A stretch of 64,000 nucleotides of DNA from Lingula anatina. Its lineage: Eukaryota > Animalia > Brachiopoda. The stretch is from contig CM120640.1 in assembly GCA_051362555.1 (NCBI GenBank), positions 46,416,788 to 46,480,787 on the forward strand, given 5' to 3'. The notes below the pieces were generated by a model. The model worked only from the letters and a program-made list of their open reading frames with translations. It had not been told where the DNA came from and did not search any database. Shown here in pieces: positions 24,950-44,295 of the stretch. Position 1 is the first letter of the stretch; the number at the start of each line of letters is the position of its first letter. The translations under genes and the position numbers were made by a program.

Positions 24950-27375
24950 ATGGTAAGTTGATGCATTGATTTATGGATATGCTTTATATCTCTAGACTGT
25001 TTCTAATTTGTAAAGGCACTCGATGATTTAATTGTCATTTTGTCTTTTCTGATTAAATTACTATATCGATTTGGACACTTCTTGAGTAGCGCCCGTTGAG
25101 AAGAAGTTGGGATGAATTGTTTAACAGCTGAATGAAATTAGAAGTCTACTAGTTTGATTCCAAGGTCAAATACAAACTTTCGACTTATAAAATAACTGTT
25201 GCTCTCAAGAAGGTTAATTTTTGCTTTTTTTTAAAAAAAAAAAATTTTATGATTTGAAAGATGAGGACAGATATTAGTCGTTTTTTAAAGAAAATTGTAG
25301 TTGATCACAGTCGACTTGCGAAATTTGCCACAACAGGCAAATCTTGATTGGTTGGTGAATTTTAAAACCTCAAATAATGACCTTACTAGTAATTAAAGGC
25401 CCAGTCACAAATCAGTTGCGATGCGTCGGGGATGGGTAAAACCCGGGAAATTTGAACAAAATCTTGAGACAGATCTCACGATTTTGCACCCATCGGAGGC
25501 GCTCTCCGGACGCCTGCGGGTTGTCGCAGATTTTTTAGACATCGCCACACCCGTCGCGGTCCCCAACTTTGAACTTAAAATTTTAAGATTGCTCGCAAGA
25601 TTTTTCACCCATTTTGGGCATCCCAGACACAATCTCCGATGACCTACGATGCCCACCGATTAATCCGAATAATGTGAGACTAAACCCTCCTTTTCCCCCA
25701 CATATACCCAGGGGGAAAAAATTACAAGAAAAGACGCTCGCAGATATCGTCTCCACGATTTTTCGACAAAACCGGGTCAAAATCCTTGAAAAAATCTCAG
25801 ACAATGTGACTGCTCCATTTTTATTAAGATTATTGCTAGGATTGTTCAAGGATTCTTTATTTTCTACAACGACCCCCGGCCAAAACTAATCCCCGACAGA
25901 TCGCCAACATTGTGACTGGGCCTTAATTTATACTGGCACCCAAGGCTTCCATTACGATAAATAAAGTCATTGATTAATAAAATCAAAATCAGTTTGTATT
26001 TATAACACATTTATTAAAATTGCCATATATACACCATTACCTCTTATACCATTTGGTAGAGTAGTTTTATCATAAAAGATATGGCTCCATGTTCAAACTT
26101 CATTACTAGTAAATAATTCTCGACCCAACAAGCATCAAATAAGGCAAAGCTGAACAGGAGATTATATGGCCAAAAATGAGTTTTACAATAAGAAGCCATA
26201 TACTGTACATGTTCAGTATATTCCACTTGACCACTTTTTACTTTAAGGTAAGTTTTAACACAATGACTGTTTTCCAGCACTTGGCTATATGCCATCTCCT
26301 GCTTTGCTTTGATTGTTCATGGCTGTCAAGTCACAAATAATTCATAGGAGCTTTTGAAATTTAGTAAAAGAAATGTTTATCATGTTATTTGTGCAGTTTG
26401 GCCAAAGAAGAAACTCTGAGAGTGACGAGGCTTCTGGGTGGGACAGCCCTTCAGAAGTCATCCAGGATGTTCCAAAGATAGAGGGGAGCTCTGCAGATGA
26501 AAGGCCTGTCAGAGATACATCGGGAAAAAGGCCTACACCTGCTGATAGAAGTAACTGCTTTTCCTTAATGCATGGTTTATTCATATTTTACCTACTGGTA
26601 CTTGATAGCTTAGTATTGAAAGCTTGTGTTAAATAGAATGCAGAAGCTCATTTCTAGCACTGAATGCACTAGCTGTTTAGAATATATGTTAATTAATCTA
26701 AAGCATCAGATATGAAGTTACTAGTTAAAAAAATAAATGAATAAAGTGAGGAGTATGAACAACAAAATATTTTTGCCCTTCAGGTATGAAATCACCAAGG
26801 CAGTCTGAGCCCCAGAAGTCAAAAAGACATGGAGAGGGAAGAGGGAAAAAAGCTGGAAAGGAAAAGCCCAAGTAAGTATTACAAGTTTGCCATCTGCATT
26901 GCAATAGTTTTTTTTGGTTTGTTTTCTGATATACCTTTTATCTTCTTGGTTCCCATCATACATAAGATACTACAAGGTGATTTATTTAACCTTTATACAT
27001 AGTGATGCTGGACCATAAAATGGGTCTACTTTGATAGAGCAAAAAACCTTAATGATGTTTATTGGTTCCAAGGTTTGATTGGCCTGGTATCTCATTATCT
27101 CAGGGTTACAGATTTTTTAGCAGGATGTTGGCTCTATTTAAACTACAAAAAAGATAAAGGAAGCAGTTTTCTTTGGTAATTTCTGCATTCAACCAATATG
27201 CTGCTAACTCTCAACAAAGTGTATTTTGAGGATAACTTTAAGAGTAACAAATCTTTAGAGCAAAGGACCTTTTTTACAATTGATCTTTTAGGCAAATAAA
27301 CCTTCAGACTAATAATTTTTTAAAAATTATTTATTTATTTATTCATTTATTTATTTATTTTAATTATTATTATCA

Positions 27376-27463
<88 letters not shown>

Positions 27464-30400
27464 TTACTACTGTTCCTGGAGTTTCTAACTTGCGGTCATT
27501 TGAATTGTTTGAAAGCACCCATAAAAATGGCTGCTCTGCTTGTCAGAATCAAAGTTGAAGTTTGAGAGTGTTTTTTATTGTGATCATAATTATATTTTAT
27601 TATCAGCGATCCTTTGGGAGGATTCACTTTCACTGATCGTGGTGGTGACAGTGAAGAGGAGAGTGTGTCCGTCTCAATTTCCCAGTCACAGCCTAACAAG
27701 TCAAAGAAAAGAACCAAAAGAAATCAAAAGGAAGAAACTCCCCCTTATGATTTCAAAGGAGCTCTAACAGGTGAAATTTTGCCCTCAAAGCATAATTAAT
27801 ATTGCGAAGACATTTTACAGAAATTAACTTATGTTTGATTTTTGTTTAAAAAAATCAAAGGGATTTTATTGTATTTCAGATCCCAGGGATCGTGAGCAGC
27901 CTGCTTCCAGACCTCCAGGTAAAGATCGCAAAGGAAATACATATGATCCTGAACCGAGTCCCAGAGCCCCAACAGCTGCAAGTGGGGACACAGTAGGTAA
28001 GATGGTATGGAAACAAGTTTGTTCTTCTCAGTTTGCTCACAGCATGCTCCCTAAGTACAATATTTCTTTTAAATAAGAAAAATACATTGTTATCACCTCT
28101 TGTGAAGATATCTTGGATGTATTTTTGATTTCATAACATGCATTTTAATTTGTTAAAAAAATGACAGGAAATGGTGAATGATGAAAGGCAGGATTTGATT
28201 TCTGATATTTGAAAAGTTTTCAGAAGGAAACAAGGTTAACAATTGCTCAGGAATGTCCTCTTTACTCTAAGACTACTGGTTGGTTCACTTTTCATTAAGT
28301 TATAACTACTAACTCTGTATCTAACATTTTTACATATTATTATGCTATTTCCATTACAAAAAAATCAATTTTATGAATACTAATTGCTTGCAGCTCTGGA
28401 TTCATGGGATGATTCAGAGGCAGAGGAAAGGGTGTTAGCAGAATTGCGCCAGGATTTGAAGAAAGGCCAAACCACTATAGGTACTAAGCCACATTGTTTA
28501 TGTGCTTCCTATCTCTTAAATCTTGAGTTTTCCATTATTTCCATCTTCACTTTATATTTGTCTAAATTAGCTTTTATCATTACATATTGGTATTTCAAAG
28601 CTAATTTCAGACTTTAAAAATTTGATTTAAGTGGCAAATATTCTTTCAAACTTTGAAGTGTTTCCTGATATGTACCATTGAATATATGTACCATTATTTT
28701 TTTCAATTCTAAATTTTATTTATAAAAAAATATTTAACAGAATTTATATGTTGTTTTTTGTTCTCAGTTAGTAATGTTTCTCTAAACAACTTACACATTT
28801 ACTCACTTACTGCAATGGGAAAAGTATTGATTTTTGTTTAAAACAAGAGAATTTTAATCATTGTTTTGAATCACTAGTGAAAAAGAATTATCTTAAAACC
28901 TATATCTTGTGTTTGAATAGATGTAGAACCAGAGGACCAAAATCAAAAGTCTGGAAGTTCTTTTAAGAGCTTCAAAAACCTTGGAAGTAAACTCAGTCAG
29001 AAATTCAAGAAAAGTCCAAAACATCAGGTAAAAGGAAATATGTAATTTAAGTCATTCATGTAGAAATGAAAAAAGCAAGATGACACAAATAATCCGCCTA
29101 ATCCCTCCCTGCCTCCATATGTGCCTTCCCTGCAGGGGCCTAGCAGTAAAACCATAAAGGCGAAATTTACTCCACGTGGAAGTGGGGAGACCATTAAAAG
29201 ATTAGGCGGTCTTGCTTTCATGTACAATCCCCCATATTTGATCTGCAGACCAGTAGATCTGAGGATCATCTGTTCTGAATGCGACCTTACCTACCAGTGA
29301 TTTAAGCATTAGGACAGAGACAGGAGGAAGGGGGGATGGCTGCACAGTGTCAAGTAACAGTATTGTTAATGTATATCAGTTAGATTTCCTTAAGGAGACA
29401 TAAATTGGTTGAGTATAATTCCAAGCTGTTCACTGAAGAATCTGTTGTTACTTTATTAGTCTTTATTTTACAATAAATATTGATGTGTATGTCAGACTTC
29501 ACATGTGACATAACATGCTTGTGGTTTTATTACAATTTTTGTTGCTAATTTCCAGCTTATAACCTTGGGACTTTCATATTTTCATAGGCTAATACGTCAC
29601 AAGAAGTTCTAGTTGAAAATATGCCTGAGCAAGACAACACCTCTCCTCTGCACCACTTTGCTGTAGTTAGTAAGCCTAATGAAGACCTAAATGGAAAGGA
29701 TCCAAACCAAATAAAGAAAGAGAGAAAAGTCAAAACAGTTGTTCATCACACTGATCCTGATGATAATAAGTATGTTTTTGTTTTTGAAATTATTTTTCAA
29801 TAATCATGGTTTTGAGTCATACACACCAAGTGACTATAATGCTGATATATGAAAATTTGTTTTTCATTATAAAAATGTAATAATTTTAACTTTTAAATTA
29901 GTCATTAATTCTCATGATATTGGTATGTGTATTGACCTTTAATCTCATTTTTACAGTTTACATTTTAATAGCAAAGAGGGCAATTTTTTAACATGAAATA
30001 CTCTTAGCTATGAAGTGGATTTTCATAGCATTTGAAGTACTTTTTCCATGGATTGTCAAATTCACATTTTGTATTCAACACATTCAAAACAATGAATCAG
30101 AATGCATTTGCTTGATAAGTTTTTTCATTTAGTTGGTTTCATTGCCACCATTTCTGTGTGTGATGCCAAATTTCAATTATTTTACAAGTTGTTTACAAGT
30201 GTTAGAAATGTGAAATTTGAATATATCATGTTGATTAAAAACCAAAAATTATTATATTCACATTTTACAATTTTAATATAAAAACTCTGCCCCCTTTGCT
30301 TTCAATTTAGTTTGTAATCTGCAGTTTTACTTTACTCAAGTTTGGAGTGCAGTTATTTTAAGGTTGCAATATATTAACACAAAATGCATTTATAAGGAGA

Positions 30401-31172
30401 TTTATCTTCTCAATAGTTGTTGGTAATGGTCATCCTTTCCCCCCCAGATATGTGTACTACTTTGAAGACAGTAGCACAGAGTACTATGCAGCCAGACCAG
30501 ATGAGGTAGATGCAGCTCTGCCAAAGATTGCAGACAAGTAAGCGCATTTCATTGGATTTCCAGCTTTTTGTCAATGTAAAAGCATTTACACCCCATGTTT
30601 TAGACCTTTTTTTTACATTTGAAATGACTTATTGAAGGTTATGGTAAAATATATTCATATCTAAAAAAACAGATTTGTTCAAGAATTCACCTGATGATAC
30701 AGGTCTAAACAGTTCCAGTGTATTACTGTAATTGTAAGGCATTTCATATGTAGAAAATTACAGATTTTTCGAGGTTTGCTTTATTGTTTTCAGGGCAGAG
30801 ATGATCTCAAGGAGGATTGCCTTGGAGTTTTTTGGTGTCCTAAGGCTTATTGTTGGATTCTTCATTATATTTGTGGTGGAGCTATACAGATTTGTGATGC
30901 GACACATCCTTCATCCAATTCTTGTTGGGATCCTAGTCGTTACTGGGGACTACCTCATCAAACCAGTCTTGTCAGCCATCTTTAATGGTATCTTGCAACC
31001 AGTTTCTATATTTTTATACAATTTATTTGTAGCCTTACGGACTGGACTTAATCCCTTGATAGATATCATCAATGGATTTGCTCGCCAGGTGGCCGTGATA
31101 CTGGGAGCTTTTAGACTTGTGGTTGTCAATAACACTCATAACCACTATGAAAGACATGTTCAAGATGTATAG
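24950..31172 (+). CDS. Uncharacterised ~456-aa protein: disordered charged N-terminus, long hydrophobic/amphipathic C-terminal domain
   Basis: Phase-consistent exons 24950-24952 (ATG only), 26397-26550, 26784-26871, 27607-27770, 27880-27996, 28394-28480, 28921-29027, 29588-29769, 30448-30537, 30794-31172 sum to 1371 nt (457 codons including the stop) with no internal stop. Confidence 0.8.
25397..25923. mobile_element. PIF/Harbinger-type MITE
   Basis: TIR AGGCCCAGTCACAA / TTGTGACTGGGCCT with TAA TSD (25394-96, 25924-26); CpG-rich interior explains the spurious ORFs at 25405-25889. Confidence 0.85.
27328..27454. repeat. (ATTT)n/(ATT)n plus long (TA)n microsatellite
   Basis: ATTT units from ~27328 and a pure TA run at ~27386-27454. 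Confidence 0.95.
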
Positions 31173-32755
31173 TTTTATATTCATTACTTTTTTTTTATTG
31201 ATTTCTGTGATAGAAAGTTAAGGAGGGCATAATAGTTATGAAGAATATTAATTATTATAATAAAAAAATTTTTTTCCAACATGAATCCTGCCTATGCATG
31301 ACATTCATGAAATTGATGTCATTGCACCCTTTAAATGTATAAAATGTCTGAAAGTTGAAAGGGCTAATATAGTGTATTAGGGACTTTCTTTCATGGTGTT
31401 AACCAAACATTGATGTGCAAGAGGAAGATGAATCAGTCAGTAAAGTATTTTTCGGGTTGACAAAAAAGAAAAAAAAGTGAAACTCTGTTAAAGGTAGCAT
31501 AATTAAGGAGAGCCCTATAACACAATGTACTTGCTGTGCTTTTTATTTTAGCAATCAACTGATCTTGTATCTATACACTTATTTGTAGAGATGAATTTAT
31601 AATAGTTCTGCTGATAAATATTTATTCATGTTGACAATTTTTACAAGCGAGCTTCTTAAATGAAACCACTTGAATATACTGGAGTGGTTCAGGCATTTCC
31701 ATATTTGTTGACATTTCTTATCGAAGCCAGATTTTACTTTATTTTTTATGTGTGTGTGTGCCTGTATCTTTAGTGTTTGTGAAGTGAATTTCACTACCAA
31801 ACGTTTTGTGTGAATGTGTTCTTTTGTTATAGTTTTTGTGTTGCATTTCAAGAGCATTTTGATTTAAAAATTTGTTCCAAGTGTCTACTCTTCTAGGGCT
31901 AGTGTCCTGAAGATAAATTTAGGATAAATTCACTAAAATAAAGCTGATCTAGAACATTACTGTATATTTTACAGCGCATTTCCTTATAAATTGTCATATA
32001 TCTGACAGATAATATAAAATGAAACATCTTGACATTTGTTCTTCATTTGAATTCAAGTTATGTAATATTGAAACCAGAGTAACATTTTATATATGGTACC
32101 GTCCAAGATATAATTTTTGTTCTAAAGAAAACCAGAATAAAGGCCAGGATGTTTCTGTTTTTTTATTGTTAGGATATGTACAATCTTTTCACCAAAATGA
32201 AAACTGCTATATGAATTAAAATATATTTTATTGCACTGTTCAGGTATTGAAAAACTTAAGCTGTGTTTTGCTGTTTGTATGCTTATCAACAAATTAACTA
32301 ATTAATTGATTAATTTATTGAAACATCAACAGTGTATACAGAAATTTTATTTTTGAAAATTAAATTCATATAAAATCTAAAACATATCTCTGTTGTTTGC
32401 TTCATTTCATGAAATAACTGTAAAGCAGTACCCTCTACCTCGGCCGCAGATAGATTTTTAGTAGATATTCACTGATATGTCTCTGGATGAATTGATGGAA
32501 CTTTTCTGAACTGTGACCCTGTAATGAAATCTCAAGGATGATTACATGGCTGGTAATTGTTTGCACAACTACTGAGGCCCTGTCATTTAACAAGTCCCTT
32601 CCAAGTCCCCTGATAGTAATCAAGGCAGTTAATTGCTCTGACCTTAATAACTTGCTCTTCTGTGACAAATAAAAATAAAAATAAAAATAAGCTTGATACT
32701 TCAGAATGTTTCCTCAAACCATGACTTGTTTCAGCAGACAGCCAAGCCAAGCCAG

Positions 32756-32894
32756 GGCCAGTAACCTGAAAGCATCGCACATTGTGAGTGAGCGCAAGCG
32801 TCTCGATTCCATAACTCACCCATATTCGCCCCATATAATACATTGTAGCCTCTATGTGATATCGCTATTCGCAATGCTTTTGAGTTACAGGGGC
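32756..32894. mobile_element. Short MITE family A, copy 2 (inverted relative to copy 1)
   Basis: Shares GAGCGCAAGCGTCTCGATTC and CGCCCCATATAATACATTGTAGCCTCTATG with the reverse complement of 15186-15322; flanked by CAG (32753-55, 32895-97). Confidence 0.8.
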
Positions 32895-33330
32895 CAGGTT
32901 GCTTAACAAACATTTATCATGTCAGCAAGAAGCCCAGCTCCTGCATAGCAGATACAATCTCATCTGCATGCATGCAGTTTTACTTGCTTCCATCTGGACA
33001 AAAGTTACAGGGACGTGTTGGAAAAAAGTGAACATAATTATTTGCAGCCCTAGCAGAGAGTAGTACACCAGTAATTAATTATTAATTGGCTGGAAACACC
33101 TATTGTGGATGTTTGACATATTTTATATCCAGTAAACGAATACTGTAGATAGAGGGTATTCTTCCTATTCTTTTCATGCTATCAGAGTATGAAGCCAGGC
33201 TGATGTTCCAGAGTACTTTTTTCTGTACACTTTGGGGGATAAATTTAATTTACAGTTGATAAAGGCAGAAAGCAAGAAGGTTATGTTTCTGCAATACCAG
33301 TAAACAGCTTTTAACTGTAGACAAATAATA

Positions 33331-36300
33331 TTATGAGGATTTCTTTTTAGGCTGCTGATTATTTTCATATTCCTTTAATCTTTCTGCTAATCTCTCTTTC
33401 ATGGCCTCCTGCTGCAGAATCTCCACTATATCATCTAAAGCAACACCTCCCTCCATAAAATCTTCAACCCCATGAAAGGTTTCCTTGACACGATGGTCTG
33501 TGATTCTGTCCTGGGGGAAGTTGTACGTGCGTATTTTTTCTGATCTGTCCATACCACCAACCTGTAGTTTTCTTTGTGAGTTGAATTTGCTCTGTCTTTC
33601 TTCAAGCTCTTTGTTGTAAAGCCTGTCCATTAAAATATTGCAGACATTAAACTAAAATTGCAAAATTCAATTTGCTTAAATGTAATTCATAACAAAAATA
33701 AAAGATTACTTGGAATCACTTTCTATTATTAAACATAGTTACACCAATTTTACAAAACTACCATTTTCAAAAATAGAGGGGATTCAATATCTGAATCACA
33801 TTTTTTTTAGCCTTAGGACACCAAAAATTAAGAAAAAAATACTTACATAGATCTTAGCATCTTCAACGCTAGGCTTTGATTTTGATGTTGGTTTCGCTCC
33901 CGCTGGGAACTGACTACCAGGCCTATAAGTATGATGATGAAAATAAGAAAAATCTGGATCATCTGCCATGACTTTTGAGTGAATTCTTGGCCAAATCTTG
34001 CAAAATCTCACTTGATTCAAACTAAATTCACTGCCTTGGGGGATGTTTTCAAATGTGTCATCTACTAGCCAAACAAGCAAACAATGCAGCAAACAATGTA
34101 CGAACTGCTAATAGATCCATGTCCCATTTTATTTAGAGTACAAATCTAAAACAAAGAACTGATATTCTAACTTTGAAATCCAAATATGAAGTGATGTACA
34201 GGTACTTTACCAGTTGGTATGTGTTTTATTCTTACAGCACTTTCTGTCTTATTGACATGTTGTCCTCCAGGACCTGAAGCATGCATTGTCTGGATCTCCA
34301 AGTCAGAAGAGTTCAACTGCACATCAATCTGAAATGTAAGGGGTAAAATATCAAAACTTTAATCTTGTAAATTCCATACATTTAAATTCCATATATATAA
34401 AGAGTAAACATTGAAGTGGACACAATACAAGTACATGACAGCATGAAATGTTTTACTCAGAACTGTCAATATTTTAGCATGTTGAAATGAATACACCATT
34501 TAACCAAACTGTAACATTTTGAACTACTGTTATTTCTATGATTCTCTTCAATAATATTTGTCATACTTTTTTTTACATTATTACATAAATTGCAGCTGAA
34601 AAAAGTTAATTATGCTGAGTGACTGGACAAAAGGAAACAGAATAAAGCAGCAAGGTTTCTGCCTGGTTTTTCCATGTGTTGAAACTGCTTTCTGAGAGGC
34701 GTACACTATGTGAAGACTTAATGAGGGCAGAAACATAAATCAATGTGCCTGTGGGCTTGCGGGACTGGAAATATGAGTATGAGTAAGGGCTCGCATACCT
34801 ATGTTACCTAGTTATATTAACAAAAAAAGTGTATGACACATTTGGTAAATATGTCTGGCAAGGTACATATATATGAAGAAATGGAAGGAACACTGGGTGC
34901 ACTCATCAGTTCTATACTTACATCTGAGGGCTGTGGCAGAACAGCAACAGACATGGTGCTGGTGTGAATCCGACTTCCTTTCTCAGTGAGAGGAATCCTC
35001 TGCACTCTGTGCACCCCACCTTCATATTTCAAACATCTATACACACCAGGGCCTGACACAGCCACACTAGCTTTACTCAGTACAACAGAAGAGGAAGACT
35101 GCTGGGTCTCATAGCGTATGACGTCAAATATCCATCCTTTGTATGCAGCATATCTCTGATACATACTAAAAATTTCTGCACAAAACAACATGGCCTCTTG
35201 TCCACCAGCCCCTGAACTGAACTCCATTATTACATCACAGTCGTCAGTGGGACCAGTGTTTGGTGGAACCAATAGTGTCAGTATCTGAAACAGAAAGGAT
35301 ATTTATTTGTAAAAAGTTATGACTTGATGTCCAGCATATGAAATGTGCTATATAAATATTAGTATGGCACTGTGATCTCCACATCAATCCACAGAGGTTT
35401 TAGTGTGAAGTTTAAAACTATAATTAACACCACAATAAACATAAATTCATGTTTAATTATCATGGTGACTTTTTTATTGAAACTCATTAAAGTCTAATCA
35501 AATTTTGCTCCTAGAGATCGCTATACATAGCAAATGCTTTAACCTCCAGAAAATCACAAAATAAGTAAATGTATTAGCCTTCATTTTTCAACCCTCAATA
35601 CATTTAAGAGCAATTTAACTGACCATTTCATTATTAACTTGTACTTAAGTTTCCAATTGAAAGTTACCTCCTTTTCAAGTATATCCATAGCTTTCAGATT
35701 TTCTTCTTTTTCTTTTTTTAACATCTTTGCTATATCTTTATCTTCTTTTCCATCTTCTGAATTGAAGAAACAAAAATAAATTCTTTAAAAAAATTTTGTA
35801 AGAAACACCAATATTTAACTTAACACAAAATTCATAATAATTATAATAACAATTTATTTTATAACACATTCCAATTAAAATCTAAACGTGCCTTACAATC
35901 ATCATAATCCCTTTCAATGTTAGCACAAAGTTTGATTCCAAAAAATAAGCAACATAAAAATTAAGTAATAGTATACTTGTATGCTATTTAGAATTGATCT
36001 TCTGCACTATATCAATATGCAAAACTTATTTAAACTTGCCTTTTAGCATTTTATCCATTTCTTTCAATTCATTCTCTTTTTCTATAAATTCCAGGTATTT
36101 CTCAACTAGAGAAGCTTCCCTTAAAAGATTTTCTCTTGCATTTCTCTTTTCTCCAGAATCAAAATTGGTATAGCTCTTTTCCAGCACCTCCTCATTTTGC
36201 TCATATTCTCTGCAGGTGCATTCTAAAACTCTTCTTACTTCTTTATCATTTAAAGAGAATCCAAACAAATCTTTTGCAGTCTTCATTTTTGTTCTTTCTT

Positions 36301-36817
36301 GTTGACAATTATAACTTTGCTTAGCCTTGACTGAAGACATTAAAATTGAAGCACTTGTTAAATGTGGTAAATATAGATTCGATTTGCTGTATTTCCTTTC
36401 TTGTTGAAAAAATGAATCTTTGTACATAACATTGGTCCTTTTATGTAAAGCAAATCTTATTTTATATGTTCTGTTACATGCACATTTACCAGAAAAATCG
36501 TGATAAAGGCATTTGTTTGCAAACATCTTGCTTTGGGCATTGTCACTGTATGTGCCTAAAGAGAGCCATCTCTTTTGATCAAGCTTTTGTGGACATGACC
36601 AATGTTTTTGTGAAAATATAACTTTCCTTGGTTCTCTTATCTGCAATCTCCTTTCTCTCTTTGGCAAGTCTTTTCCAAAACAAAATGAACTCCAAGTTGA
36701 AAATACCGCCACACCTTTAACTGGGCAAATATAACGTAGAGCCAAGTCCTGTGAGAAAAGTGAATTCGAACCCAAAGTTCTCCTTAATATCATCATGTCT
36801 ATTTTTGATAGCATCAT
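33331..36817 (-). CDS. MTRF1L: Mitochondrial class I peptide chain release factor (mtRF1a/MTRF1L-like)
   Basis: Exons 36040-36817, 35668-35756, 34922-35284, 34211-34328, 33847-33922, 33331-33622 (~571 aa). Motifs [33 protein letters not shown] (PxT codon-recognition motif), [17 protein letters not shown] (GGQ), [19 protein letters not shown]. An acceptor at 36844 implies an upstream non-coding exon. Confidence 0.92.
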
Positions 36818-36843
36818 ATATGTATTACATGCATCTTGAATAC

Positions 36844-37348
36844 CTGAAATATAATCATCAATTTAAACAATTATCAGTAAACATTTTTCTGTAGACTGTT
36901 TCATTTCGGTTAGAACGACAGAAAAGTTTGCTAAAACCATTTTTAAGTTTATCTTAATGATAACGCAGTTCATGTTGCTTCATGATGAAATTCCAAGGAG
37001 GTGTATAAATTAATAATAATATCAACAATCAGCGTGTACAATTAATCCAACTTAAGAGTAATTTAATGTCAGAAAATTTTAGCTAATACTTTTACTATAA
37101 AGATGAACTTTGGTTTAAACCATAAAGATGTGCATTATTTTACTTAACTTAATTAATTATTTACAAAAGAAGAGTTGATAAAACAGAGAAGCGATCAAAA
37201 TATAGTTCAAGCAAGGAGTTATAACATCTGTTATAACTCCTTGGTTCAAGTCATAACTCACATGAGCTACGCATTAGTCATGGGCGCTGACATATTGTTT
37301 ATTTCCCAGAAGGCTACGCGCATGAAGCGTGGTTTCCGGTTTAGAAGC
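36844..37348. promoter_or_regulatory. Bidirectional promoter region MTRF1L / CPSF3
   Basis: Divergent ATGs about 530 bp apart; ETS-like TTCCGG at ~37334 and GCGCATG at ~37318. Confidence 0.65.
37212..37243. mobile_element. 32-bp palindrome with 7-bp TSD: probable P-superfamily excision footprint
   Basis: GTTCAAG - CAAGGAGTTATAACA TC TGTTATAACTCCTTG - GTTCAAG; 15-bp perfect arms with CA..TG ends. Confidence 0.7.

Positions 37349-44295
<6,947 letters not shown>

Noticed and set aside
25405-25889. Four overlapping ORFs on both strands
   Set aside because: They lie inside a GC-richer Harbinger-type MITE and show no protein motif.
28178-28205. TGATGA...CTGA as a C/D box snoRNA
   Set aside because: The boxes are too close together, with no terminal stem or recognisable guide.
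29066-29349. H/ACA RNA (U17/snR30 or telomerase RNA) or HDV-like ribozyme reading of the structured intron block
   Set aside because: No ANANNA hinge, no U17 m1 motif, no telomeric template and no P1 partner for GGGGCC; the cryptic-exon reading fits better.
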